Shown piece by piece: positions 1-12,879 of a stretch of 64,000 nt of DNA (its first letter is position 1; every line of letters starts with the position of its first letter). The stretch is from Octopus sinensis (Eukaryota): the NCBI RefSeq assembly GCF_006345805.1, contig NC_043002.1, positions 1,116,001 through 1,180,000 of the forward strand. Reading direction: 5' to 3'. The position numbers and the translations under genes were made by a program. A model generated the notes under the pieces. The model was given only the letters and a program-made list of their open reading frames with translations, did not search any database and was not told the origin of the DNA.

Positions 1-321
1 CGGTTTTCAATATAAATGTTTCAGTCGTTTTCTTTATGGAATCGCAGCAACTCACGTCAACTCTTGTCGAACAGTTTGGTATTTTGTTGACTACCACGTA
101 ATCATTCCATCTTAATATATCTAAATAATTCTCTCAAAGATAAATACATGTATTTTCTTTGCAGGCAAGGAAATTGATTAGATGCAAATCTTAGTAAAAG
201 CTTTTGAATTAAATATATCGTTATAGAATTATTTTAGGATTCGGAAATAGATTTGGAAAAAAAGTAAGAAAAACTGTTTATCGCGGTGTAAAATAGTTTC
301 TTTACTTCAGCTGTCTCAGGG

Positions 322-505
322 AGATTCGGCGTGAAACGGAATGTGAAAAGACTAACCCTCTGAAATACAGGTAAAACTCATTTTTGCCAGATGAGTGGAC
401 TGGAGCAATATGGAATAAAGTGTCTTGCTCAAGGACACAACACATCGCTGGGAATCGAACTCACAACCATACGATCGTGAGCTGAATACCCTAACCATGC
501 GCCTT
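322..505 (-). mobile_element. tRNA-derived SINE (family 3)
   Basis: Minus strand reads GGCGCATGGTTAGGGTATTCAGCTCACGATCG..GAGTTCGATTCCC (pol III A/B-box-like head), then GTGTCCTTGAGCAAGACACTTTATT..GCTCCAGTCCACTCA. The same head and core occur at 20732. Confidence 0.75.
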
Positions 506-2313
506 CCATGACTCTTCTATTACTGAATCTTCTGTTACTCTTTCCTATTACTCGTTATTAAATGACCTTTTCTTCTCGAAAATAGCTAATTTCGTAACTT
601 CTTCAGCATTTAAAGACGAGAATTTTTTAAATCAATGTACGTTAGATAAGTAACATCTAATTTCTTTAACGTCTCGGCCTGAGGAAGACCTCACAAACTG
701 GTGAGGTAGAAACCTTTGAGGTGTGCAAGGTCAACATGGACGAGAAGAATATTCCAGAGGACTGATAGTGTTGGAAGGTCAAAAACAAAATGGTTGACGA
801 GGGGAGAAGCAGCTTTATTGGTTGGGCACGGTTGGAGTCCACTCAGCTGGCAAAAAGGTGCTGTACATGTATTTCAAAGGGGCCAGCCTTGTCACATCCC
901 TTGTCACGTTGAATCTCCTTGAGAACTACTCTAAGGGTATGCGTGTCCGTGGAGTATTCAGCCACTTGCACGCTAATTTCACGGCCAAGCTGTTCCGTTG
1001 GTCGGTTCAACTGGAACCCTAATCGTCGTAAGAGATCCAGGCCACTGAAGAGTCAGTGCTTCTGTGAACTTAAAGGATGTGTTTGTATTTTTCTTCGTTA
1101 ATCACAATTAAAATTCAGGTTTTAAAATCGCGTTATGCATTCATTATTAACGTGAAAACAAAACGGCCTTAGTCTTTCTTCAGTTGTTAAAACCAGACAA
1201 GGATCGAACCATTTTTAAGCTCCAGAGTTAACTAAATATACTGTCTGGAGTCTCACATGCTACGAAAAGATACAAACTTGCTAAATACATTCTTAAGAAA
1301 GACATTTAATTTTCAGCATAAGAATTATGTTATTTACGAGTAGAAATGGAAATTAGTCGAGATTTTAGTTCCACCTGATTCTACATTTTGCAGTGTCAAG
1401 AGTTTATGTAACACAAACACACACATATTATCCCGAATTTCCCTAGGCGTAATGAAATTGTTGGTAAAACTACAGTTGTTTAATGGTATCATATGCATTA
1501 TGTATAAATAAAACAAAATCTTTTATAATGGAATCAAGGAATGGAAGCTGATGAAACTAAAAAGCATCACGAAATATTAAATGGAAATTTCATTGCAGAA
1601 GTAGAGTGGTTCTTATATAAAGAACGAATGAAAGCGAAATACTTTTCTATAAAATGATTTACACACTTTTAAGGCGAACAAGATGCACTTCTGAAGATAA
1701 TTTTGTAAACTACAGCGGCAAATATTGTTAATGGTAATAAAACTTTATTTTATGTTTTACTCAATTTCAGCAATTTATTAAAGAAACTATTTTAGTCTTG
1801 ACGAGCAACTTATTGCCAGATCCACCTCTCTTAATTATTATAAAATGATAGCAAATTGACAAAAAATTTTAAACAACCTAAGTTAGAATGAATGAAATTT
1901 AAAATCAAAGTGACACCAGTCTAGAATATTTCAGTTTCTCTAAAAATGTTTTTTTCTGAATATTCCTTAGAGGTTTATATTTTGGGAATCTATTTTAAAA
2001 AGAAATCTAATGTAGACGTTGTGCTTTTACAACTTTGCACTTAGCACTTCACAGCTTCGATGATCAGAATAGTGTGTTGTTATCGCGTTGGAATTGAAAT
2101 TTGGTCAAAATAAAAAGTCGGATTAATTTGAAACTTTATTAAACGTACTTCTGCGATGTACTTTTGTTAATTTCGAAACCAGTTTCCAATTTTTGTAAGT
2201 AATATTAAATTTCATTAACCACGACAAGATAACACCTCGTTTTATGATTAAAGTGGACAGATAAACACGCAGCTTCGATTTGAAATCGTTCACTGGAACA
2301 AATATTTTCCCCC

Positions 2314-2315
<2 letters not shown>

Positions 2316-2352
<37 letters not shown>
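2316..2352. repeat. (TA)n microsatellite
   Basis: Direct reading. Confidence 0.95.
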
Positions 2353-2355
<3 letters not shown>

Positions 2356-2438
2356 GTTTACATTTGAACAGAACGGAATGTATTTCTTAAGGAAGATGAA
2401 AGATGCACAAAGGAAATAAGTACGTCACCATTTAACAA

Positions 2439-3420
2439 TTAACTGCATGAAGTCAAGCATACACGACTGCAAACATTGCAGACCAAGTTTTCCCCATTCA
2501 CTATACGAGCCGTGCGCTTTCGCGCAGCTCGTTTAAGTTCTTCATGTTGGATACGTGCTCTCTCAAAAGTGTCGATCCCCTCCTTAACCTGCTTCTTCCA
2601 TCTGTGGCGATGACAGGCATTGTTCTCCCAGTCAGTGTCCTGTATATCAAAAGCCTTTAACGAGGACTTGACACAGTCCTTAAATCGTAGCCTTGGTTTC
2701 TGCCGGAGTCTCCTTCCATTCACAAGTTCTCCATAGAGCATCTGCTTTGGAATCCTTCTAACCTCCATTCTAATAAGGTGTCCAGTCTAACGCAATCGGT
2801 GCTTGTGTAGTACCATCGCCTCAATACTCAAGATATCAGCTGTCCTCAGGATCTGTGTGTCTGGAATTTTTGAGGTCCAGCCAACATTGAGAATGTGTCT
2901 GAGACATCTCTGATGAAAACGTTCAAGGACCCTTACCTGACGTTTGTACAGAGTCCATGTCTCACATGAGTAGAGAAGCGATGTCAGTACACAAGCACGG
3001 TACACAGCAACTTTTGTTCTCCTTGCGATGCCATGTTGGGACCAGACACGAGACTGAAGAGACCGGAAGGAATTAGTTGCTCTCTGCAACATGAAAGATA
3101 TTTCCTCATCCAGGGAGCAAGAACGGCTGAGTGTGTTGCCCAGGTAGACAAACTTGTCTACTACCTTCAGAATTGTTCCTTCAACCATGATAGCTGGTTC
3201 TATATATGGATTTCCTGGTGCAGACTGGAACATTACAACAGTCTTGTCCAGGCTAATGCTGAGTCCAAATGCCCTGCAAGAAGCAGAAATGCAATTCATG
3301 AGTATTTGCATGTCATCCACTGTATGAGTGACTAAGTCACAGTCATCTGCATAAAGGAGGTCACGAATAATAGACTGGGAAACCTTTGAATTGGCAGCAA
3401 ATCGGCGAAGATTAAAGAGG
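2439..3420 (-). mobile_element. RTE-clade LINE, 5'-truncated ORF remnant (RT C-terminal half)
   Basis: LFNLRRF..IRDLLYADDCDL..FGLSISLDKT..FVYLG..LLYSCETWT..LERFHQRCLRHIL..RLR*TGHLIRM..IPKQMLYGEL..CNVC. YADD motif present; one in-frame stop at the conserved W (2787-2789). Confidence 0.93.
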
Positions 3421-3424
3421 CGGA

Positions 3425-3663
3425 CATATATATATATATACATACATATATATACACATATATATACATACACATATATATACATACACACACATATATA
3501 TATACATACATAATACACACACACATATATATATATACATAATATATTTATATATATATATACACACGCACCAACTACGCCATTTTCCGTATATATATAT
3601 ATATATATTATATATATATATACAAACATTATTTTTCATATATATGCACACACACACACACAC
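3425..3663. repeat. Compound (TA)/(CA) microsatellite
   Basis: Direct reading. Confidence 0.9.
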
Positions 3664-4680
3664 AGATACAATACACTACTCTTTCCCTGTTTACTCTTGT
3701 TTTTCTTGTACAACGGTTTTGTTATCCGAGTAAAACATCAATAATTACAAGTGTTTACTGTTTGGTATAGGGAAAGGTGTCTCCGAAATTAATGAAGGCA
3801 ATGTCACGATAACGTTAGATTTATTGAGTAATAAAACATCTTTAACAACATAATCACATTGAGGAGTTGACAAAGAAAATTACTTCCAAATATAGAAGAG
3901 GATTTTGCAAACGATAATTAACAGCGAAGATAATTACTAGAGACTTGCTGGAATTATGAAGCTCAATGTTTCGTTGCTGTTTGAATTTAATACACTTATA
4001 AACATAATGAGATTATACATAAGTCTTCTGCGGGGGTTGTGTACAACTGGTGGAATCGCTTAGACTATTTAATTTATTGACTGTAAAGATGCAAAGGGCA
4101 ACTAAAAAAAAAAAAGAAAGAAAAAGAAATGGATTTGAACCCCGAAGGTACAGACGCTAATAAGTTATGTAAATAATTTTGTCCCCGAACTGCCACATTC
4201 ATCCATAACATTTCAAAAGAAGAAGACAGAAACAGTCATTACCAATTCCCTTTCGCATCACTTTGGTCCTTTCTGAAGAGCCAGGTATATCAGACATTTC
4301 CTCTCCAATATCAACCAACGACCAAAGTCTCTTGTCTCTCATTTTTGCCTTTTCCCCAATCAGAAGCATCCGGTCAGACCGCTTTGCAATGCTTATTATT
4401 CGGCTCTTTTTCACCCAAACTTTATCAACTTTGGTGTCCTGAAAGCTTTGTTTGTTTCTTAAGTGATTTCGTCCGTGTATTAGCAACCTGATTGCTGTGT
4501 CGTCTGCTATTAAACACTTCTGTACAGATATCGCACTTCCGCCCTTCTGAATGCATTCATTATTCACATACAATCCAAAATATTTATAAACACACTTCCA
4601 AGGAAAGAGTTGAAAGGATCCTTAAATTGACATATTTCAATACTTTTACATGAAAAAAAAAACAAAAATAAAAACTCCAT

Positions 4681-5050
4681 TACTGCATATACCCAGGGAA
4701 TAATCCAGCATTCCATATCAAATAGAGTTTCTTAAAAAAGTGAAATATTGTATGTAAAAGACATTATTTGACTGCTGTATGTATTAGAGATGTCCAGATG
4801 TTTCATCTTTAGTGAAAATAAAAGTGCGGTAAGTGTTAATTCAATTCTTTCGGAATTTACATAAATCGATGAGATTAGAGAAAAACTCAGGAAACTGTTG
4901 ACTACACCCCGGGGCCATACCCTAAAACTTATATATAGAATATATCTATCCCGTAAAGAAGGAGTGAAAGCGAGGCCTGATATCAATGCAAAGCTCCTAC
5001 AAACTATTGTAACAAAACATGAAAAACACAAAATCCGCCGATATCTATAG
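4681..5050 (-). mobile_element. Possible non-autonomous Helitron-like element
   Basis: Minus 5' end resembles ATCTATAGATAT..GGCGGATTTGTG; a degraded hairpin-like 3' end lies near 4681-4710. No coding sequence. Confidence 0.4.
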
Positions 5051-5207
5051 ATATCTCTGTGTGTCTATAGATATCTCTGTGTGTCTATAGATATCTATAG
5101 ATATCTCTGTGTGTCTATAGATATCTATAGATATCTTTGTGTGTCTATAGATATTTATAGATATCTGTGTGTGTCTATAGATATCTATAGATATCTCTCT
5201 GTGTCTA
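5041..5207. repeat. Minisatellite, ~30 bp unit ATATCTATAGATATCTCTGTGTGTCTATAG
   Basis: About 5-6 units; each contains the palindrome ATATCTATAGATAT. Confidence 0.9.
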
Positions 5208-5510
5208 CCAATCTCTTTATAAGAGAACTTTTTCATTCGGGTCTACCCGGGCCACATTTTAAAGATGAGGAATTTTATCCTAGAGGCCACGCCTTTCAAT
5301 CGAGCAAACTCAAAGTTGCCATGCAAACTCCCCAGTACTTTTAACATAGGTGTACAAATTTTCAGGTTAATCCGACAACATTCACTTACACTTTTGCCGG
5401 CACAACTGCCTGTGAGACAACGTCCACCTTTTTCACAAATATTTAGTTGATAAAGTACAAACTGGGATTTAACTATACTGGAGGAAAATATTTACTACTA
5501 CTACTACTTA

Positions 5511-5727
5511 TGGTTTCAAATTTTGGTACATGGCCAGCAAGTTCTGGGGATGGGGTTAGGGATGACATCAACCCCAGAGCTCAACTGTTACTTATTTTAT
5601 CGACCTCGAAAGGATGATTGAAAGCGATGTCGATCTCGGTGGAATTTGAACTCAGAACTTAATGGCGGAAGAAATGTCGCTAAGCATTTTGCCCGGTGTG
5701 CTAACGATTCTACCAGCTCACTGTCCT
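5511..5727 (-). mobile_element. tRNA-derived SINE family 1 (tail type C)
   Basis: Head GAGCTGGTAGAATCGTTAGCAC..GAGTTCAAATTCC; core TCATCCTTTCGAGGTCGATAAAATAAGTA; flanked on both sides by (ACT)n. Confidence 0.88.
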
Positions 5728-5749
5728 ACTACAACTACTACTACTACTT

Positions 5750-6520
5750 GAAACAATGTGAGGGATAACGAAGTTACTCACAGTCCAGAGGAGAGCTACA
5801 CTTGGCAAAACCCTACGAGAGGGGAAGAATTCTTTGAACGGAACTGTTTGATTTTAATCCAGAATGATTTTTATCAAGAATTAGCAGTATCGCCCGGCGT
5901 TTCTCGGGTTTGTTTCGACCCTTTAGAATTGGAATTTTTGAAAAGTAAATCTTTCGCATTATGTAGATTGTTATTCTCTTTAAGTGAACATTTTTCTGGT
6001 TGAAATACACCGAAAAATGGCGACACAGCAGTAAAAAAATCGTAAAAAAAATAGGGATTTTCATAGAAAAAAAAAGCACCTTCTTGATGTAAATAATTTT
6101 TAGTCTTAACATGGTCCGATTTGAATTTTATCTTCTACGGAATGAAGAGCAAGCCTTCTTCAATCATACTCTCAATTTTGGTCAACTTGCGCCGCAGGGT
6201 CTCGGAGGAGATAGTGTTAGTTGAAGGCTACCGAACCCGCCATACACAGACAACTTCAGCTTTATATATATTAAGAGATTTGATGAAAATAGAAGTCCAC
6301 TGCAGAACCAACAGCAAAAAAGTAGGAAGAATTTGGAGGAGAATTATGGAAAGAGAAGTAATCGACACGGATGAGATTGTTCAACAACTGAACAAAGGTG
6401 GAGGTGGTCATAATCTCAGAAGAAATAATCAAGATGCTTCAGGAGAGAATATAAACTTGTCGCTAGAATATTTGGTGATATTTCATAAAGTACCGCATAT
6501 TCCCGCTTAAAGGCTCCCCA
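5750..6520 (+). mobile_element. R4/Dong-type non-LTR remnant (pre-RT region), split by a Helitron
   Basis: Joined halves read ..QNDFYQE|FDEN..KKVGRIWRRIMERE..KVP..KAP, similar to the FYQEL..FWS.IW..W KAPG region of R4/Dong ORFs. Confidence 0.55.
5881..6278 (-). mobile_element. Non-autonomous Helitron
   Basis: Minus strand: A|TCTCTTAATATATATAAAGCTGAAGTTGTCTGTG ... CCCGAGAAACGCCGGG hairpin, GATACTGCTAA|T. 5' TC, 3' CTAR, inserted between A and T, no TSD. The same 3' end with intact CTAG is at 54875. Confidence 0.85.
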
Positions 6521-7732
6521 TTAATGAAATGAGGCCCGTTTCTCACTACCCTAATCTCTGTTATTTTGTTTTGGTTCTCTTCTGAGGGTTAAAACTTCAG
6601 GATGCACGATTGGAACATAAAAACAATGAATTCCAATATGATATTGATCTCAAAGTGAAGTACAACAAAATACAGTCTGTTTCACATCCAGAAAAGTGTT
6701 TTCAACCGAAAATAAGTGCGTTGATGGGAAAATGTCTCTTTGCGAATGCTGTTTAAAATTGTACGTTAAGAAATGTGTCTTCATGTAAACATCTTTTTCA
6801 GCTTGAAAAACTTCCATGCCTGTTTACGTGACTTCGTAGGAAAATAACAAGAGCAGGCAAAACTATTTCAAACCACCTTTTTATAAACTAGATTTCACCT
6901 TTTTGTCAATCTTAATATCATTCTTTGTGTAAAGTTTTGTTGGAAATAAAATGGAACTTCAATACAAAATTCTATTTACATCTTGTTTCTACTTTTTATC
7001 AGTCGTGATATTCATTCTTTTGTTATGTAGAAACAATATAAAACAATACGGTTTTCCAACACATAACATCGCACTAATCATCCGAGGAATCACGATATTC
7101 TTCATCGTATCTGTTGTAAAATATTCTCCAAATTCTATTCTGTCAGTTGATCTTCATACATTTCCAGGCCTTCTGCCTCATTTCTTTACATTCTGGTTTT
7201 TCTTGGTTCTGTTTCTTTGCCGAAAATTTCAAGAACATGAGATCCGTCGACGAAATTCAAGACCTCGCATTTCTAAAATGGATGGGATGACTGTATTCAC
7301 AGCAATTTTGTTGCACGAGTCAATTACTCATAGACTGGTTTTGGAGACCCACATTTCATACTTTGTTAAATGTTTCTTGTCACTAATGATCGGATTGTAC
7401 CGTATGACGCTCAAGTTAACCCTGAAGGAACACAGCCCACGGTTATAAAACCTATGCACACACGCTGAACAGAATAGATTGGCATCTGAGTAAGTTTTGC
7501 ACTGAATCAAACATGTATTTTGAACGTGTCTCACATCAAATATTTCTGATCCAGCAGTTCACCTGTTCTGTTAAACTTCACTTCGTTCGTTCATTCACCT
7601 ATAAAGAATCTTTTCATCAATCTACCTCTGTTCTGGACAAACATCATTGTATCGTTGGTGAATGTTTTTACAGCCCCTGGAAAAAAGACTGACGGGGATC
7701 AAGTCATGTTCCTACCACTTAAATTCACTAAG

Positions 7733-7734
<2 letters not shown>

Positions 7735-7784
<50 letters not shown>

Positions 7785-7790
7785 ACACAC
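7735..7790. repeat. (CA)n microsatellite
   Basis: Direct reading. Confidence 0.95.
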
Positions 7791-8049
7791 AAAGGAAATG
7801 AGAACTGTAATGCAAACTTCATTTTTGACCAAAATTAAAATGTAAATGCGTAATTGAATTTTGATGCCTGAAATGTAGCAGAAACAAATGGGACGGTACC
7901 TGATGAAAAGGATGACCCAAAGGCTTGGAATTTACTCAAATCAATAAATTAAAAGAGAGAAAATGAGAGAAATATATTTGTGTACTATTTACATGATTTA
8001 CTGCTACGCTACCTAAAACTTATATACTTATAAAACATCTAGAGAGAAA

Positions 8050-9050
8050 ATATATAACTTTAATTTAAAAGCAATATTGGATCCCAACAAAATATTAAAT
8101 TGAAAAAGATTCATTCATAAAAACTGATATAGAAATATTCCATGAAAACTTAAAACCCTCGAAAGGCAGAATACATAATAAAAACAACAAAAAAGAAAGC
8201 AAACAATATAAGTTCAAAATATTGAGAACGTAAACTGATGAAACGTAAACATTTTCGATACTTTGAGATGAAAGAAGCCAGATTAATAACAAAACAAATT
8301 CAAAGCCGAGCAGAATGACGGAACATTGACCCGCGAAACGGAATAAGAACAACATCAATGAAAACAGGAATAAAAGAAAATATGAGAAAAGTCTAAAATT
8401 AGACGTTCTGAATATGACAATAATTTAAAGATGGAAATTGTTAAAGAACTAAAATCAATAGAACATTTTCGAATTAAATAATGAGAGAACCCTATAAAGA
8501 TAAAAGGTTGGCGATAAAATAGCAACAACCATAAATGGCACTACAATGACCGTAGAAAGGAGCGTGAATATTATCAGGATAAAGGAAATAATTTATGCAT
8601 CAGCCACGAATGAAAGTAGAACAAAGGAAAGTGGGAAGTGAAAACCCATGCAAACAATATGGAAACAACACCTACAGATGAAGATAAGAAATCAAAAGGA
8701 TAATCTTAAATGAATTCAGTAAGAAAAACAGAGAAACGAAAGTAAAGAAATTTGAGATAAAGAAATGAAATATTTGGAATGAAAGAACAGCTAAGACAAG
8801 AGTTGCCGCTAAATTGCAAAGAATTCATCATTATGAAAAGCGACAATGATTCTTTAAATAAAATCAAAAATTGGATTCGATCTGAAAGTAATTTCTTCAA
8901 GAAGCACGTATAACCCTGTAAGTAGAAATAGTTTGTGTTGAAATGTTTGGAATGAAAGAACAAGTGAAACCTGAAAAAGTTGATGAGAGCTTGGCCAAAG
9001 AGAAAAGCGTCTGTCTTTAGCCTTTTCAAACGGGTCCACCATACTACTTC
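8050..9050 (+). mobile_element. R4/Dong-type non-LTR remnant (N-terminal region), heavily decayed
   Basis: Purine-rich; near 8780-8870 a frameshift-corrected reading gives KEQLRQRVAAKLQRIHHYEKRQ*FFK*NQK, matching the EELKQR..AK..RY..R..NQ segment of R4/Dong ORFs. Confidence 0.55.
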
Positions 9051-9061
9051 TTTCGCTATAA

Positions 9062-10088
9062 CTACAAGACAAACATTTCCTGCCCCTCTCGGCCAAAAGA
9101 GGGCGGCGGGGTAATCTTCACAATGGATTCAGCTGATAGCCGGATCCGTCCTACACACGATAGTAGGTGTTCAACATAAACCCACAGGTCCGCAATACTC
9201 GGGCACTGGACTATGGCGTGCAGAACGGTTTCATTGTTCAGCCAAAGAGACGAGCTGTGGAAAAGTTTGCCTGAGAAACGGTGATACACCTGCTCACTGT
9301 CAAGGAAACGCTGGAGATGCTGCAATCTTAGCGTTTGTCTGCGGATCAGTAACTACAGTATGCCCCCGCCGCCCATTCAGCGGCTGTTGAGATCAGATGG
9401 GGAAAACGGGGCAAGGAACGACGGTCAAGCGGTAATAGATGACGGAGGCGATATACGCATTCACCACCCCCGCTCGACCTTTCAGGGACAGCTTCCATTT
9501 CTGGGCGAGATTGGCAACCCTGCTCATTACCTCCCAGTTTTTCTTCACCTGAAGGTCTGGACCAAACCAGGTTCCGAGCAACTAAACTGGAGCGTCTGTC
9601 CAGCGCCCCACGACGCTGTTGCACGGCTTGGACTTGCCTCTCCAGGTGCCGAGTTGCAAGCCCACTGACTTTTCCGTGGTAATTATTGCTCCTGTCACCA
9701 CTTCATATTCTTGTAGTGTGTCGCCACTCAGGTTTGTATGCCCGTGGCTCGACACTATGTCGGTGACATCATCAGCTTAAGCAGACACACTTCTCCCACA
9801 TCCTAGATCACGAGGGACACCCCTCAAAGCCTCCAGCTTCCGCAGTAATGGCTCAAGGGTCAGTACATACAGAAAGGAGGAGAGAGGACATCCTTGACGG
9901 TCCGAACGCAAGATGTTGAATGGCTCCGTCAGGTGACCATTCACCCGAACAATCGAGCAGATGCCGTTGTACAAAACAGTGATCCAACCGCGGAAAACAA
10001 GACCGAAACCGGCTGCCTTGAGGACAGCCGCTAAGTATTGATGGTCGACCCTATCAAGGATTTAGATTGATCTAAGTTGATCAGAGCA
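9062..10088 (-). mobile_element. L1/Tx1-clade LINE RT remnant
   Basis: ALINLDQSK..DRVDHQYL..GFG..VRVNGHLTEPFNI.RS.RQGCPLS..LYVLTLEPLLRKL..VSA*ADDVT..LSLKGRA..IASVIYYRL..ETVLHAIVQCP. YADD is mutated to *ADD; deletions present. Confidence 0.9.
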
Positions 10089-10089
10089 T

Positions 10090-10258
10090 AATAATAATCA
10101 TTTCTAGTGGAAGCACAAGGCCTCAGATTTGTGGGGAGGGGAAATGTCGATTACATCGACCTCAGTTTTTCACTGGTACTGAATTTATCTATTCCGAAAG
10201 GATGAAATGCAGTGTCCACCTCGGCGAAATTTGAACTCAGAACGTTCAGACTAAATGC
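10090..10258 (-). mobile_element. SINE family 1, 5'-truncated
   Basis: Core and tail A with (ATT)n. Confidence 0.8.
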
Positions 10259-10279
10259 CTCTCAGGTATTTATAATAAC

Positions 10280-10490
10280 GACCAGTAATTACAGGTGCCC
10301 TAGGTACTGTCACTAGCAAACTTGGCAATTACTTTGAGATTGATGTAACTATGAGCGTTGCATTAATACAGAAACCTGTTCTGTTGGGAACAACAAGGGC
10401 CGTAAGAAAGGTCCCCAATATCTAAGGAAACTGGTTGTGATTCAGTATCACGGATATTGATTCCTATGTAACACATTCATGCATACCTTA
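10280..10490 (+). mobile_element. R4/Dong-type RLE 3' end
   Basis: PVITGALGTVTSKLGNYFEI..ALIQKPVLLGTTRAVRKVPNI*. Confidence 0.8.
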
Positions 10491-10499
10491 GATAATAAC

Positions 10500-10901
10500 C
10501 ATAATCCTTTCTAATAAAGGCACAAGGCCTGGAATTTTGGCGAAGGGGACTGGTCGATTACATTGACCCCAGTGTTTCACTGGTACTCAATTTATCGACC
10601 CCGAAAGGAGGAAAAGCAAAGTCGACCTCGGCGGAATTTGAACTCAGAACGTAGGGCAGGCGAAATACCTATTTCTTTACAACCTACAAGGGATTGAACA
10701 CAGAAGGGATAAACAAGGACAGACAAACGGATTAAGTCGATTAGATCGACCCCAGTGCATAACTGGTACTTATTTAATCGACCCCGAAAGGATGAAAGGC
10801 AAAGTCGACCTCGGCGGAATTTGAACTCAGAACGTGGAGGCAGACGAAATACCGCTTAGCATTTTTCCAGGCGTGCTAACGATTCTGCCATCTCATCACC
10901 T
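10500..10901 (-). mobile_element. SINE family 1 dimer (tail B unit + tail A unit)
   Basis: Two cores separated by TTGTCTGTCCTTGTTT..TAAAGAAATAGGTATTTCG. Confidence 0.9.
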
Positions 10902-11225
10902 TTAAAATAATAAGAATAATAATTATAATATTGATAATCTTTTCTTTTTTAACCACTGAAGGCTTATATAAAAGGTTGAGGACGGGGAAGGACAATAGAG
11001 TACAAATAGAGTGGGATCGAAACGTGTAAATATAGAATAACAATGAAAATTCTAACAAAATCCCGTCGGCGAAAATGTTAACCGCGGATTTGAATAATTT
11101 ATTTTCTTGTGCTTGGTGGTGGGTTTGCCGTTGCTGCTGGCGGCGGTGTTGGAGGGGGTAGTGTTCTCCCTGGTGTTGTTTTTTGTTATTTAATTCTTTT
11201 GTTTGATGCTGCGACTGTGAATGTT

Positions 11226-11650
11226 GGCGCAGGAGTAGCTGTGTGGTAAGTTGCTTGCTTACCAACCACATGGTTCCGGGTTCAGTCTCACTGCATGGCA
11301 CCTTGGGAAAGTGTTTTCTACCATAGCCTCGGGCCGACCAAAGCCTTGTGAGTGGATTTGGTAGATGGAAACTGAAAGAAGCCTGTCGTATATGTATAAA
11401 TGTAGATATGTATGTATATATATATGTGTGTGTGTGTGTCCGCGTGTGTTTGTATCTGTATTTGTCCCCCCAACATCGCTTGACAACCGATGCTGGTACG
11501 TTTACGTCCCCCTAACTTAGCGGTCCGGCAAAAGAGAATGGATATTTGTTGTAAGCCTAGTACTTATTTTAAGTCCTGGGGTCAATTTGCTCGGTTAAAG
11601 GCGGTGCTCCAGCATGGCCGCTGTCAAATGACTGAAACAAGTCAAAGAGT
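11226..11650 (+). mobile_element. tRNA-derived SINE family 2 (CORE-like segment, internal microsatellite)
   Basis: GGCGCAGGAGTAGCTGTGTGGTAAG..GGGTTCAGTC..GGCACCTTGGGAAAGTGT..(TA/TG)n..GCTCCAGCATGGCCGC..AAATGACTGAAACAAGT. Related pieces at 23460-23560, 45702-46060 and 47815-47945. Confidence 0.85.
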
Positions 11651-11899
11651 AGTGCCGAACATTTCGCGTGCTCTCCTTTTCTTGTGCTCCTTTTCACGTG
11701 CTCTCCTTTTCTTTACTGCTGCTGATGCTGCCACTGACGTCTACCATTTGTTTTGTTGCGCCGATTACTGACTTCTATTTAGCGAACGGACATTTCTCGT
11801 CCGCCATCTTCCTTTTGGGGAAAATATTGAGAGGTTTGTTAGGCTAAACAAGCTCCGAATTAGCCTGTAAGGGCTAGGGAAGGAGAAAAGCAAACCAGC

Positions 11900-12875
11900 T
11901 TCCTAAGGTGCTGGTTAGTTTATCTATATAACAATAGCAAATGTACAATATATAACTCAGTGCAACAACATAGATAACGAACTAAGATATTTAGAGAACA
12001 GCACCGAGAAACTGGTAAAGACGGTGAGTGAGGAAGCGGCGATCAAGTGTGGAAGAGGAGCAAAGGACAAGAGTGAAATCCAAAGAGAGGATGTTAGATT
12101 GAAGAGAAACCTCTGCATAGTCAATTTGGGAGAGCAAGTGAAGATGTGAAACAAAATTCCGGGCTTGGTTAAAAACAAAAAGGACAATTAAAACAAGAAA
12201 CAGAGAGCCTAATAGTAGCAGTCCAGCATCAAGCGATAAAAATAAACAACTTGAAGAAAAATGTATATGGAAAAATATGTAGAATCTATGGAACTCAGAA
12301 CGAGACAGCGGCACACATTATTGCAGAATGTCCAAAGTTGGCACAGGAAGAATATAAGAAATGGAAGCACGATCAGGTTGTGAAAGTTTTACATTGGAAA
12401 TTGTGCCAGAAATGGGAATCTGAAGCTGGTAACGCGTGGAAACACAATCCCCGAATCGAAAGAATTCTGGAGTCGGAGAAATGTAACGGACAAGTAGTTA
12501 AAAAATAATAAACCGGACATAAAGATAAGGAAAAACGAAGTTGCTTACAAACCGATCCTTCCTATCCGTTTGGTTCCGGATCACAAAGAAAGAAAAAAAG
12601 AACCCTTTAAAATTTGAACTTGCAAGAATTGGGAATATGAAAATTGTAAAGGTTGTGCCTATAATAATTGGTGCATTGGGAACTGTAAACAAAGATATAG
12701 AGAAATGGTTGAAGGAGACTGGAATAGAATGTCCTGTAGAGCTTCTACCGAAAGTTTACCTCTTAGGGACAGGAAAGATAATCAGGATACCTAAGGATAT
12801 AGGTAGTAACCCGCTACCCACAAATTCTAGCAGGAATAAGACGGAAGCCTAGTCAAATCAATAATAATAATAATT
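11900..12875 (+). mobile_element. R4/Dong-type non-LTR retrotransposon 3' region (CCHC knuckle + RLE) ending at (AAT)n
   Basis: LKQETESLIVAVQHQAI..CRIYG..ETAAHIIAECPKLAQEEYKK..HDQVVKVLHWKLC..KPDI..ELARI..VVPIIIGALG..LLGTGKIIR. Confidence 0.9.
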
Positions 12876-12879
12876 TCTG

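Noticed and set aside
4199-4573. 124-aa minus-strand ORF
   Set aside because: Only a faint mariner-like resemblance; I cannot support a call.
6951-7448. 165-aa hydrophobic ORF as a membrane protein
   Set aside because: Hydrophobicity follows from T-rich composition; no family motif or splice support.
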